A DNA stretch of 64,000 nucleotides from Trichormus sp. ATA11-4-KO1 (GTDB taxonomy: Bacteria > Cyanobacteriota > Cyanobacteriia > Cyanobacteriales > Nostocaceae), in the NCBI GenBank assembly GCA_019358915.1, contig JAHHIM010000055.1:320001-384000 (forward strand), given 5' to 3'. The notes beneath the pieces are model-generated. The model saw only the letters and a list, made by a program, of their open reading frames with translations. It had not been told where the DNA came from and did no database searches. The translations under genes were made by a program, and so were the position numbers. Positions 10,889 to 20,085 of this stretch are shown piece by piece (the first letter of the stretch is position 1; every line of letters starts with the position of its first letter).

Positions 10889-11200
10889 CTAGAACATCCG
10901 GAATGGTTCTGATGCTGGAGTGAAGTGGATTGGTAGAATGGTCTCCACGTTTTCTGGGGGATTGGGAACAATGTAGTGGGTGATTACTTGACCACCATGA
11001 GCTTGTTCACCGGCGGCTATTCCTGCTTCTACTGCTGTTCTTACTTCAGCAACATGTCCCCGGACGGCGACTAACAAGCGAGCGCTTTCGGCTTGACCAT
11101 AATAGACAATTGTGACTGCGGCAGATTTTACCATGGCATCGGCTGCTGCAAGTACAGCAGGGAAGCCTAAAGTTTCAATTACGCCAACCGCCATGGGCAT
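10889..11200 (-). CDS. ccmK3: Carboxysome shell protein CcmK3
   Basis: BMC domain [25 protein letters not shown]...HYIVPNPPENV; AGGAG SD before the ATG at 11200. Confidence 0.92.
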   Translation of the reverse strand: MPMAVGVIETLGFPAVLAAADAMVKSAAVTIVYYGQAESARLLVAVRGHVAEVRTAVEAGIAAGEQAHGGQVITHYIVPNPPENVETILPIHFTPASEPFRMF

Positions 11201-11347
11201 GGCATTAGCTCCTGAGTCAAAAAATGAAGTGATATTAATTGTACGAGGCTTTAGTACCAATTTTGGCATTTGGGAAAACTTTCTGTAATTTCAGCAACCA
11301 CTACACTAGATAGTGTTGTAGACACCTGCAAATTTTCTACATTACTT

Positions 11348-13093
11348 ATGCTCAGACGCTTAAGCGGCCGTAAAATCCCTTTATTAGCCATATTTCTGTT
11401 GGTTATATGCCTTAATCTGGTAAGCGTGCGTTCATTTGGGCAAACAACTATGACATCGGTACCCCAACTGCTGACCGACCCATTTTTGCAACTACCAACG
11501 GCAACCTCAGTACGAGTAGTTTGGTTTACTGAGTTTCCTGGTAATAAACACATAGTTAATTTTGGGGAAAATCTTGACCAAAATACTCTGGCAAATACTA
11601 CCAAACTCAGCCGCACACGCGAAGACCAGCAATCACGAGTAGCAAATCAAACCCAAAACGGACAAGTTTATCAACAACCTGTTAAACGTGACATTTGGCG
11701 ACACGAAGCAGAGGTAACTGGGTTAACTGCTGGTGTGCGTGTTCCCTATCGCGTCACCAGTAGGCGCGAAGACGGTGAGAGCGTTAGCAGCGATGTTTTT
11801 ACTCTTGCGCCTACCCCAAAACCAGGTACACCATTAAAAATTTTGCTGACTTCAGATCATCAGTTAAAGCCGATGACAGTGGCAAATCTGCAAAAGGTCG
11901 TAGAGACAGTGGGACAAGTGGATGGGGTATGGTTCGCCGGTGATTTAATCAACGTGAGCGATCGCGCCTCAGAATGGTTTGATGATCATCGGGGTAGTGC
12001 TTTGTTTCCCGGTTTGCAAGGTCGCGCCCAATATGAAGTGTCACACAATGGTGTGAAAACAACCTACACAGGAGGTCAAATAATTCAACATGCTCCCATG
12101 TTTACTGCCATTGGTAATCATGAAGTTATGGGACGCTTTGAGAGAACGGGAAGTTTAAATAATGAATTTAATGATCCGATTCCCCGTGCTGTTGCCCAAA
12201 GGTTATATAGTGGGAAATCTTTAATAGACAATTCTTTTAATACTCATACTTACGAGGAAATTTTCACCCTACCCCAAAGTCAAGCAGGTGGTAAAAGATA
12301 TTATGCAGTTACCTTTGGTGATGTGCGTCTAGTGGTACTTTATGTTACTAATATGTGGCGGACTCCCAAGTTAGATGCAGGTACTAAAGGCAGATATCGG
12401 GAAGCAGAACAGGATTTCCATAATCCTGAGAATTGGGGTTATGGACAGCTAATTTTTGAACCAATTACTCAAGGTAGTCAGCAATACAACTGGCTAGAAG
12501 CAGAACTCAACAGCCCTGAGTTTCAAGCAGCCAAATACAAAGTTGTCATGTTTCATCATCCACCCCATACTCTGGGTGATAATATCGTCCCTGCTTATAC
12601 CAATCCAGTGCAGATGATTGAACGGGATGAAAATGGCGAAATCAAGGCGGTGCGTTACGAATACCCTAAGGATGCAGACTATATTATCCGCGATGTTATC
12701 CCTTTATTAGAAGCAGCTGATGTGCAATTGGTATTTTATGGACATTCTCATTTATGGAATCGCTTCGTTAGTCCCAGTGGGATGCACTTTCTAGAAACAT
12801 CCAACGTCGGTAACACTTATGGGGCTGCTTGGGGTGATAAAAAGCGCGAAGTGCCAATTGGCTACAAAGAAGATTACACGAAACTGGGTGATCCCAATGG
12901 CTTAGAACCAGTAATACCGACTATCTCGCCTTTGCTAGGGGATGATGGTCAACCAATGCCTTATATTGCCAGTAATGACATCACTGTTTTTAGTATCTTC
13001 GATACAGGAACGGGTACAGTCAGTAGTTATCGTTTTGACACCCGCAAGCCTGAGTCGGAAGTTGTGAAATTTGATGAATTTAAATTGAAATAG
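11348..13093 (+). CDS. Secreted metallophosphoesterase (purple acid phosphatase-like, N-terminal FN3-like region)
   Basis: Signal peptide; calcineurin-like motifs TSDHQ, AGDLIN, IGNHE, HHPPH and GHSH. Confidence 0.88.
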   Translation: MLRRLSGRKIPLLAIFLLVICLNLVSVRSFGQTTMTSVPQLLTDPFLQLPTATSVRVVWFTEFPGNKHIVNFGENLDQNTLANTTKLSRTREDQQSRVANQTQNGQVYQQPVKRDIWRHEAEVTGLTAGVRVPYRVTSRREDGESVSSDVFTLAPTPKPGTPLKILLTSDHQLKPMTVANLQKVVETVGQVDGVWFAGDLINVSDRASEWFDDHRGSALFPGLQGRAQYEVSHNGVKTTYTGGQIIQHAPMFTAIGNHEVMGRFERTGSLNNEFNDPIPRAVAQRLYSGKSLIDNSFNTHTYEEIFTLPQSQAGGKRYYAVTFGDVRLVVLYVTNMWRTPKLDAGTKGRYREAEQDFHNPENWGYGQLIFEPITQGSQQYNWLEAELNSPEFQAAKYKVVMFHHPPHTLGDNIVPAYTNPVQMIERDENGEIKAVRYEYPKDADYIIRDVIPLLEAADVQLVFYGHSHLWNRFVSPSGMHFLETSNVGNTYGAAWGDKKREVPIGYKEDYTKLGDPNGLEPVIPTISPLLGDDGQPMPYIASNDITVFSIFDTGTGTVSSYRFDTRKPESEVVKFDEFKLK

Positions 13094-13133
13094 TTATTCT
13101 ATATCCAGCCAACTTTTCAGAAAGCGATCGCCA

Positions 13134-13577
13134 TTACTCACATACTGCTTCCGGTAGCCAGTCTTCATCTAAGACTAACTCTAAAGAATATGGGCATTCT
13201 TGGGGAAATACGGATATTAATATCCCTGTTTGCTTGGCTGCTTGACGACGCGCCCTTTGATAGCTTGCTTCAAGTTGTTCTGTAGGATAGTTTTTGAGAC
13301 TGGGACTGTCTTGTAGAGCTAACTCAATTTGAGTGCGAGAATCAGTGATGGCATCAAGCCAACTATCTGAACGACGCTGAGGTTGATATTGCCACTTCAG
13401 TAGATGCAACAGCAGGCGAGTGAGTTGACTCGCAATACCCCGCCGTTCACTTTTGCCCAAGTCTTCAACCTCTGCAATCAGATGTTCCAAATCAATTTCC
13501 TGCCAACGATGCGATCGCAATAGTTGGGCTGTCTGTTCAATCCATAAGTAAAAATCTGCGCTATTAGTTGCGCTCAT
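13134..13577 (-). CDS. DUF29 family protein
   Basis: DFYLW..QTAQLLR...DLEHLIAEVEDLGKSE...LLHLLKWQYQP..RS.SW...SPSLK...FPQECPY. Confidence 0.93.
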   Translation of the reverse strand: MSATNSADFYLWIEQTAQLLRSHRWQEIDLEHLIAEVEDLGKSERRGIASQLTRLLLHLLKWQYQPQRRSDSWLDAITDSRTQIELALQDSPSLKNYPTEQLEASYQRARRQAAKQTGILISVFPQECPYSLELVLDEDWLPEAVCE

Positions 13578-13712
13578 GAATCGTCTTTTACCCTTTCTGA
13601 CACATTTATGGCATCAATTCTAGCCCAATCAGTTTTTGAGGTATGAGCGTTTTCATGCAAATTCTAATTTAATCAGATGTTCTTCTTTGCGCCTTTGCGT
13701 GAGAAAAACCTC

Positions 13713-13991
13713 CTAAAAATCCTCATCATCAACAAAAAACTCAGCATCCTCATCAAAGCGAGATTTACCCTGTCCAGATCCCGCAAGACCCCAGAGGGGT
13801 TGCAGTACTGCCATACCAATTAAACCAATCCCGGCACTGAAGGCCAACACTAAACCAACAGGTATTTGAATCGATTGAAATGTTAAGAATTTTAAAGATA
13901 CAGGTGTGGCATTTTGGACTGAAAGAATCGCGATCGCTACTACCCAAATAGCCACAACTAGAGATATTAAAATAGGGGTCAAAGTTTTCAT
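13713..13991 (-). CDS. LapA/DUF1049-like small membrane protein
   Basis: Two hydrophobic segments around the SVQNATPVSLKFL motif; acidic tail. Confidence 0.75.
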   Translation of the reverse strand: MKTLTPILISLVVAIWVVAIAILSVQNATPVSLKFLTFQSIQIPVGLVLAFSAGIGLIGMAVLQPLWGLAGSGQGKSRFDEDAEFFVDDEDF

Positions 13992-14037
13992 AATTTTTAT
14001 TCCCCTCTCCGGCAACGAAGAGGGGTAGGGGGTTTTG

Positions 14038-15480
14038 TTAAACTGCGACTGCTTCTAGTTTAGCGATCGCACTTTCCATGTCTTGCGCGATTTTGCTCAG
14101 TTTCTCGGAAGAGTTGGTTTCCATGTAAACGCGCACCAGAGGTTCTGTACCAGAAGGACGCAGTAATATCCAGCTACCTTCTTCTAAATACAGCTTAATC
14201 CCGTCTTTACGCCCGACTTCTTTGACTTTAATTCCTGCTACCTCTGAAGGTGGGTTTTTGGTAAAGGAGTCGATAACGGCGGTTTTATGGGCTTCTGTGA
14301 GGTGCAAGTCTAAGCGGTCGTTATATAACGGGCCATCAGCTTCGGCGATCGCTTCCTTGACAAGTTGACTCAGGGGTTTACCTTCATAGGCGATCGCTTC
14401 TGCCACTAGCATATCGGCTAAAATACCGTCTTTTTCGGGAATATGCCCAATTACACTTAAACCGCCTGATTCTTCACCTCCAATCAGTACGGTAGTTTCC
14501 CGCATTTTTTCACCTATGTATTTAAAGCCGACTGCTGTTTCATAAATTGGCAAACCATATTTAGCCGCGAAATTATCCAGTAGGTGAGTTGTCGCCACAG
14601 TGCGCACTATAGCACCACTTTTACCTCTATTTTTGATTAAATGACGTGCTAACAACAGCAAAACGGTATTAGGAGTCAGGAAATTACCTAATTCATCAAC
14701 AATACCAAAGCGATCGCCATCGCCATCTGTAGCCAAGCCCAAATCAGCTTTATCGGCACGTACTGCTTCCACTAACCCAACTAGTTGTTCGCCTTTGGGT
14801 TCTGGCATTCCACCGCCAAATAGCACATCACGTTTGGTGTTAAAGCTTTCTAACTGACAGCCACAATGTTGTAAAACTTCATCTAAGTAGCCGCGAGAGG
14901 TAGAGTAGAGGGCATCGTACTTGACCTTTAAATTCGCACTCTTAATCCGTTCTACATCCAGCAAGGTGTAGATAAATTGTAAATAGTCTGGTTTGGGATC
15001 AAAAATGGAGATTTTATTACCAGCAGAACTACTACTAGGCAGCGCATCCGATGCACCTTCAATATTTGCCACAATAGTATCAGTAATCTCTGGAGTGGCA
15101 GGCCCAGCATAATCAGGGATATATTTAATCCCACAGTAAGGTGCTGGATTATGGCTGGCGGTAAACATCAACGCCCCAGCAGAATTTAAGTGACGGGCGT
15201 TGTAGGCAATTACTGGTGTGGGGCAATCCCGATCAGTAATTTTCACAGTCCAACCCAAGTCTGCCAAAACTTCAGCTGCTGTACGGGCGAACTGGTCAGC
15301 TAAAAACCGAGTATCGTAGGCAATAAGAACTGGTCTATCTTTTGCATAGGCTGTTTCGAGGTAACTTGCGATCGCTCTAGTTACTTTCCGCACATTGGGG
15401 AAAGTAAAATCATCGGCTATAATTCCTCTCCAACCGTCAGTACCAAATTTTATCTTGCTGGAATTACTACTAGCGCTCAT
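14038..15480 (-). CDS. Phosphoglucomutase/phosphomannomutase family protein
   Basis: FGTDGWRG, catalytic TASHNP, DGDGDR, GEESGG and RPSGTEP all present. Confidence 0.96.
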   Translation of the reverse strand: MSASSNSSKIKFGTDGWRGIIADDFTFPNVRKVTRAIASYLETAYAKDRPVLIAYDTRFLADQFARTAAEVLADLGWTVKITDRDCPTPVIAYNARHLNSAGALMFTASHNPAPYCGIKYIPDYAGPATPEITDTIVANIEGASDALPSSSSAGNKISIFDPKPDYLQFIYTLLDVERIKSANLKVKYDALYSTSRGYLDEVLQHCGCQLESFNTKRDVLFGGGMPEPKGEQLVGLVEAVRADKADLGLATDGDGDRFGIVDELGNFLTPNTVLLLLARHLIKNRGKSGAIVRTVATTHLLDNFAAKYGLPIYETAVGFKYIGEKMRETTVLIGGEESGGLSVIGHIPEKDGILADMLVAEAIAYEGKPLSQLVKEAIAEADGPLYNDRLDLHLTEAHKTAVIDSFTKNPPSEVAGIKVKEVGRKDGIKLYLEEGSWILLRPSGTEPLVRVYMETNSSEKLSKIAQDMESAIAKLEAVAV

Positions 15481-15586
15481 TGTTGCCACTGTCTCCCGTC
15501 CATCTTCAATACTATAGGAAGCTTCCCGCAAAGCGTGCGTAGCCGCAAGTATCCCCCAACGTATTTTTTCTCACTGCTATTGAGCA

Positions 15587-16438
15587 ATGTCAACTCCTGA
15601 TCGACCTTTTGCCAGTTATCACCTTTGGTCTTTAGTTGCCCCAGCTACAGGCCAAGAACGTTGGCATTGCCAGATGAGAAGGGGATTTATCAAAGCGCGT
15701 CAACATGAACCACAAGTTAAAGCACTCTTAGGTAAGGCCACTGCACCCCAGAGGATTGGTATACTCGCTCAAAAAGGTGTTTATGAATTCCATCATAATA
15801 GACATTTATTAAAGCAATCAGACGGTGTTGAACAAGTTGCACAGCTTCTAAAATTAGACAACTCCACCGAGCAAGTGCAACAACGTGTGCTGCAAATTTT
15901 ACAAAAATATCATGATGCTCCATTACTATTAGATAAAAACATCTTGCAATTAACTCCAGGGGATGAAGGCTTTCCCAAACCAATTTTTATTGAACAAGAA
16001 GATTATCGCTTCCGCTTATATGCAGCGATGGACTGCGTTTTTATTGAGTCTGATCACACTTTGCATATTTTAGATTTCAAAACTGGTAAATCTGCTTTTG
16101 ACCGACGACAGGCATTAGTTTATTTACTAGCTGCTCGTTATCTTTACCCTGGATTGCGCGCGGTGGCATCATTTTATAATCTAGAACTATGTAAAAAATC
16201 TGATTTAATTAGTATCAACAATAGCGAATTAGAATCTTTAAAATTTGACTTGGCAAATGTTGCCCACAAACACCAGTACGATTTGCAGAAATATCAAGAA
16301 AAAACTAGTAATTTCAGTAAAATATTTCCTCCTAATCCTGGGACTCACTGCCGTTTTTGTCCATTTAATTCAATTTGTGATTTTTCGGAAAAGGCATCTT
16401 ATTCACACCCACTGCCTAGTTTAAAAAATCATGGGTGA
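15587..16438 (+). CDS. PD-(D/E)XK nuclease of the Cas4/RecB-like type with a predicted Fe-S cluster
   Basis: MDCVF...ILDFKTG...QALVY motif; N-terminal Cys (WHCQMR) plus C-terminal CRFCPFNSIC. Confidence 0.85.
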   Translation: MSTPDRPFASYHLWSLVAPATGQERWHCQMRRGFIKARQHEPQVKALLGKATAPQRIGILAQKGVYEFHHNRHLLKQSDGVEQVAQLLKLDNSTEQVQQRVLQILQKYHDAPLLLDKNILQLTPGDEGFPKPIFIEQEDYRFRLYAAMDCVFIESDHTLHILDFKTGKSAFDRRQALVYLLAARYLYPGLRAVASFYNLELCKKSDLISINNSELESLKFDLANVAHKHQYDLQKYQEKTSNFSKIFPPNPGTHCRFCPFNSICDFSEKASYSHPLPSLKNHG

Positions 16439-16747
16439 GGGGAGTGAATCAAGCCCGGATAATTGCTGTTTCTAAGTGCTAATAAAACGTAATTTAGACG
16501 GTTATAAAAAGGCAAAAAGCTTGCTAGATATGAATTTTCTCAACTGGGAATTCCTAAGAAATCGTTACGATTGACCAAGAAGGAAGAAGTTTGGAGTCAG
16601 GAGTCAGAAGGATGAATTTGGATGGGGATTATCCTTCTTGCGTCTTCTCTCTGACTTCTGACTTCGTTGATTGAGAATCGGCAAAAAAGTCACCAAAAAC
16701 GCCGAGACTAAGAATATCTCAGGATATTATCTTTAGACTGGGTAGTA

Positions 16748-16782
16748 AGGCGATTGCCAGAATAATTCGCTAGCAATTGCCT
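16748..16782 (-). terminator. Stem-loop just after the stop of ORF 16790-17029
   Basis: AGGCGATTGCCAG-N9-CTAGCAATTGCCT, an imperfect inverted repeat. Confidence 0.5.
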
Positions 16783-16789
16783 CTTCAAA

Positions 16790-17029
16790 CTATTTGGTCT
16801 TAGGGTCGCCCATTTTTCTCCACTCCCGCAGAAGATACAGTGCAGCTACAAGCACTTGATGTAAGCGCTTGGCCAAGACAGTCAGCACCATAAGCGCAAG
16901 TAACCAATTAGGTTGATGTACTAAAGGCAATACAGGTGGAGAAAATTTTGATGTGGGTAGAGGAGAAACAGTTGGGTGATTGACCTCAGTGGAATAGTGC
17001 AAGATTGTAGAAGTTAAAATGGTTTGCAT
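16790..17029 (-). CDS. Small hypothetical protein with a hydrophobic C-terminal helix
   Basis: GGAG SD about 8 nt upstream of the ATG, a downstream hairpin, a Pro-rich N-terminal half and a hydrophobic WLLALMVLTVLA segment. Confidence 0.6.
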   Translation of the reverse strand: MQTILTSTILHYSTEVNHPTVSPLPTSKFSPPVLPLVHQPNWLLALMVLTVLAKRLHQVLVAALYLLREWRKMGDPKTK

Positions 17030-17148
17030 GGGGCAGTCTCCATTTGTTTTGAAACTGCTTTCATCATCAAATTTCTAAACAATTCAAAAGCCCCCTGTTG
17101 GTATAGGGAAGGTATAAAGTTGTTTTTTTTCTTTTGCAAGTCTAAGCT

Positions 17149-18543
17149 ATGGAGTGGGTTGAGTTCCTTCGCAGTATTGCTATCAAACAGGAATTAAGTG
17201 ACGACTTAATTGAGACTTTGGTGATTCGGTTCAACGCTCGAAGTTCAGATAAATCTGATGCTAACTTGGCGCAGGAACTCAATATATCTGAAGTTGCCTT
17301 CAAAAAGCGCATGGCTGAAATTTATGAAGCTTTCAAGCCAATTTGCCCAGAGTTAGCAGATTTCATCGCTCGTGGAAAACGAGAGAAATTACGAGCTTGC
17401 TTGTGGAAACAGTTTGAGGCGCAGGATAGTTTAAAAGGGGCTGCACCGCCTAGTAACCTCCAACGACGGGGTATCCAAAATCCGCAAAACTTCGTCGGGC
17501 GAGAGCAGGAATTAGAGCAGATACATAGCCAACTTAAACAAGGCAATCAACTAGCTATCTCCGCTATCGCTGGGATGGGAGGTATAGGTAAGACCGAGTT
17601 GGCAATTCAGTACGCTAGAAAGTATGAACAGCATTATTCTGGCGGGATTTGTTGGCTGTATGCCAGAAAAGATGACTATGTTAAAACTCAAGCTGATATT
17701 AGAACTCAAATTGTGCTTTATGCAGTGGTGCAGCTGGGATTGAAAATTCCCGATGAGTTGGAACTTCCAGAGCAGGTTGCTTTCTGTTGGCGGCATTGGC
17801 CAACAGGTGATGTTTTAGTTGTGCTGGATGACGTCACGAATTATGGTGATGTTCGTCCTTACTTGCCGCCTGCATCTCAAAGGTTCAAAGTCATAATGAC
17901 AACTCGTTTAAAATTTGATTCCTCTGTTCAAACGATTTCTTTGAGTGTTTTGCAACCCCATCAATCATTGAAATTATTAGGGTTAATACTGGAGGAGCAG
18001 AAACGCTTAGAGGATGAACTCAGTATTGCATCGAGTTTGTGTGAATGGTTAGGAAATTTGCCTTTGGGGTTGGAACTGGTAGGGCATTATCTAGCGTTGG
18101 AGCGCGATTTTTCGTTAGCTGAAATTTTGTTTCGACTCCAGCAAAAAGCAAAGCAACGGCAAGTTCTAAAAGATAGAGCGCTGACTCGCACAGCAGAAGA
18201 TGAAGGGACTTGGGTAATGACAGCAGAGCGAGGCGTTGAAGCGGCATTTGAATTGAGTTGGGAGGTTTTAGATTATAATAGTCAGCATTTGGCTAAGTTA
18301 CTTAGTCTGTTTGCATTGGCTCCCATTCCTTGGGAATTAGTAGAGCAGGTTAAACAACAGCATTATGAGATGTATCCCGAAAATGGGGTTTTTAACTCCG
18401 AAGAGTTGAGAGAAGCCAAACGAAAGCTGCTACGGTTACATTTAGTTCAGCAGGAAAGCCGCACAACCTACCTTTTGCATTCACTGATTAGGGAATTTTT
18501 CAGGAGTAAGTTGGAGGGAACAGAGTATGACGGTGCGGGTTGA
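17149..18543 (+). CDS. HTH + NB-ARC (STAND) NTPase, NLR-like, with no fused sensor repeats
   Basis: N-terminal HTH-like DANLAQELNISEVAFKKRM; FVGRE, Walker A GMGGIGKT, Walker B VVLDDV, TTR, GNLPLGL, LHSLIREF. Confidence 0.92.
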   Translation: MEWVEFLRSIAIKQELSDDLIETLVIRFNARSSDKSDANLAQELNISEVAFKKRMAEIYEAFKPICPELADFIARGKREKLRACLWKQFEAQDSLKGAAPPSNLQRRGIQNPQNFVGREQELEQIHSQLKQGNQLAISAIAGMGGIGKTELAIQYARKYEQHYSGGICWLYARKDDYVKTQADIRTQIVLYAVVQLGLKIPDELELPEQVAFCWRHWPTGDVLVVLDDVTNYGDVRPYLPPASQRFKVIMTTRLKFDSSVQTISLSVLQPHQSLKLLGLILEEQKRLEDELSIASSLCEWLGNLPLGLELVGHYLALERDFSLAEILFRLQQKAKQRQVLKDRALTRTAEDEGTWVMTAERGVEAAFELSWEVLDYNSQHLAKLLSLFALAPIPWELVEQVKQQHYEMYPENGVFNSEELREAKRKLLRLHLVQQESRTTYLLHSLIREFFRSKLEGTEYDGAG

Positions 18544-20080
18544 AGTTAAACAAAATACCGAGGCAGAGCAGCTAAAAATGGCTTTTTGTCGGGTGATGGG
18601 AACATTGGGGAAACAGATTGTTGCAACCACGCCTACTATCTCCATGTCGTTCTCCATACTTGAGCAAGTTAAGCCTGTGATTCCGCATCTGATAGAAGCA
18701 GCAACGACTTTGGAACCTTGGTTGACAACGGAAGACTTGATTGCATCCACCACAAGTATTGCTCGATTCTATCGAGGACAGATTGCTTATACCGAGGCAG
18801 AATGCTGGTATGAGCGTTGTTGGGAAATGACGAAAACTCGTTTAGGCGAAAAACATCCTTTTGTAGCAACTGCCCTCAACAATCTAGCAAGACTCTACCA
18901 ATCGCAAGGACGCTACCGAGAAGCCGAATCTTTATTTTTGCAATCGGTAGACATTGGACAAGAACAGCTTGGGGACGATCATCCCGAAGTAGCAAGGTCT
19001 CTCAACAATCTGGGACAACTCTACAGTGACCAAGGGCGCGACAATGAGGCCGAACCACTCCTAGAGCGCTCATTGAAAATTTGGCGGCATTACTACGGTG
19101 ATGACCATCCTCACGTGGCGACTGCCGTCCACAATTTGGCACAAGTTTATAAATCGCAAAGACGTTACAGCGAAGCTGAAACCCTCTATCAGTTATCTCT
19201 GGAAATAACCCGAAGAGAATTTGGTAGTAATCATCCTTTAGTGGCAAGTCTCCTCAGCTCTTTGGCAACGCTCTGCTATGCACAAAATCGCTATAGTGAT
19301 GCGGAAACTTTCTATCAGTTATCCCTGAAAATTGATCAAGATCACTACGGAAACGATCATCCTGAAGTAGCAACTGACCTCAGTAACTTGGCATCGCTTT
19401 ACTCTTCACAAGGACGTTACAGTGATGCTGAACCTCTCTTCCAGCAAGCATTAGATATTAAACGCCGAAAATTAGGAGATAATCATCCCCAAGTTGCGAT
19501 AAGCTTTCATAATTTAGCAGCGCTTTACTCTTCACAGGGACGTTACAGTGATGCTGAAACTCTCTACCTACAAGCATTAGATATTCGGCGACAAACACTC
19601 GGAGACAAGCATCCCCAGGTGGTAATGAGCCTCCACGAACTGGCAATATTCTACCAATCTAAAGGACAAGGAATACTCGACTTTCAAAGACGAGCTATCC
19701 TTAACGATTTGGCAGCGCTTTGTAATTCACTAAACCTTTGTAGTGATGCGGAAATCTTCTATCAATTACTGCTGAAAATCTACCGAGACCATTACGGTGA
19801 TGACCATCCTGAAGTAGCAGTTGACCTCTACAATTTAGGACTACTTTACCAATCACAAGAACGTTTCGGAGATGCTGAGGCTTTTTATCTGCAAGCATTA
19901 GAAATTTGGCAACAAAAACTAGACGATGATGATCCACGAATAGCAATCAGCCTGCACAACCTTGCAGTACTCTACTATCTTCAAGAGCGTTATGACGATG
20001 CTGAAGCTCTATTTAAGCAATCACTGAATATTTCAGAAGGAAAATTTAACAACAACTCCCTTAATTCACTGGAGTCCTAA
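18527..20080 (+). CDS. Tetratricopeptide repeat protein (42-aa kinesin-light-chain-type TPRs)
   Basis: Repeated HPxVAxxLNNLAxLYxSQGRYSxAExLY; GGAGG SD before the ATG; 17-nt overlap with the NB-ARC gene. Confidence 0.92.
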   Translation: MTVRVEVKQNTEAEQLKMAFCRVMGTLGKQIVATTPTISMSFSILEQVKPVIPHLIEAATTLEPWLTTEDLIASTTSIARFYRGQIAYTEAECWYERCWEMTKTRLGEKHPFVATALNNLARLYQSQGRYREAESLFLQSVDIGQEQLGDDHPEVARSLNNLGQLYSDQGRDNEAEPLLERSLKIWRHYYGDDHPHVATAVHNLAQVYKSQRRYSEAETLYQLSLEITRREFGSNHPLVASLLSSLATLCYAQNRYSDAETFYQLSLKIDQDHYGNDHPEVATDLSNLASLYSSQGRYSDAEPLFQQALDIKRRKLGDNHPQVAISFHNLAALYSSQGRYSDAETLYLQALDIRRQTLGDKHPQVVMSLHELAIFYQSKGQGILDFQRRAILNDLAALCNSLNLCSDAEIFYQLLLKIYRDHYGDDHPEVAVDLYNLGLLYQSQERFGDAEAFYLQALEIWQQKLDDDDPRIAISLHNLAVLYYLQERYDDAEALFKQSLNISEGKFNNNSLNSLES

Positions 20081-20085
20081 GTAAT

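Noticed and set aside
16439..16745. Possible CRISPR leader or array next to the Cas4-like gene
   Set aside because: No repeat-spacer periodicity; only an STRR-based hairpin (GGAGTCAG.../...CTGACTTC)
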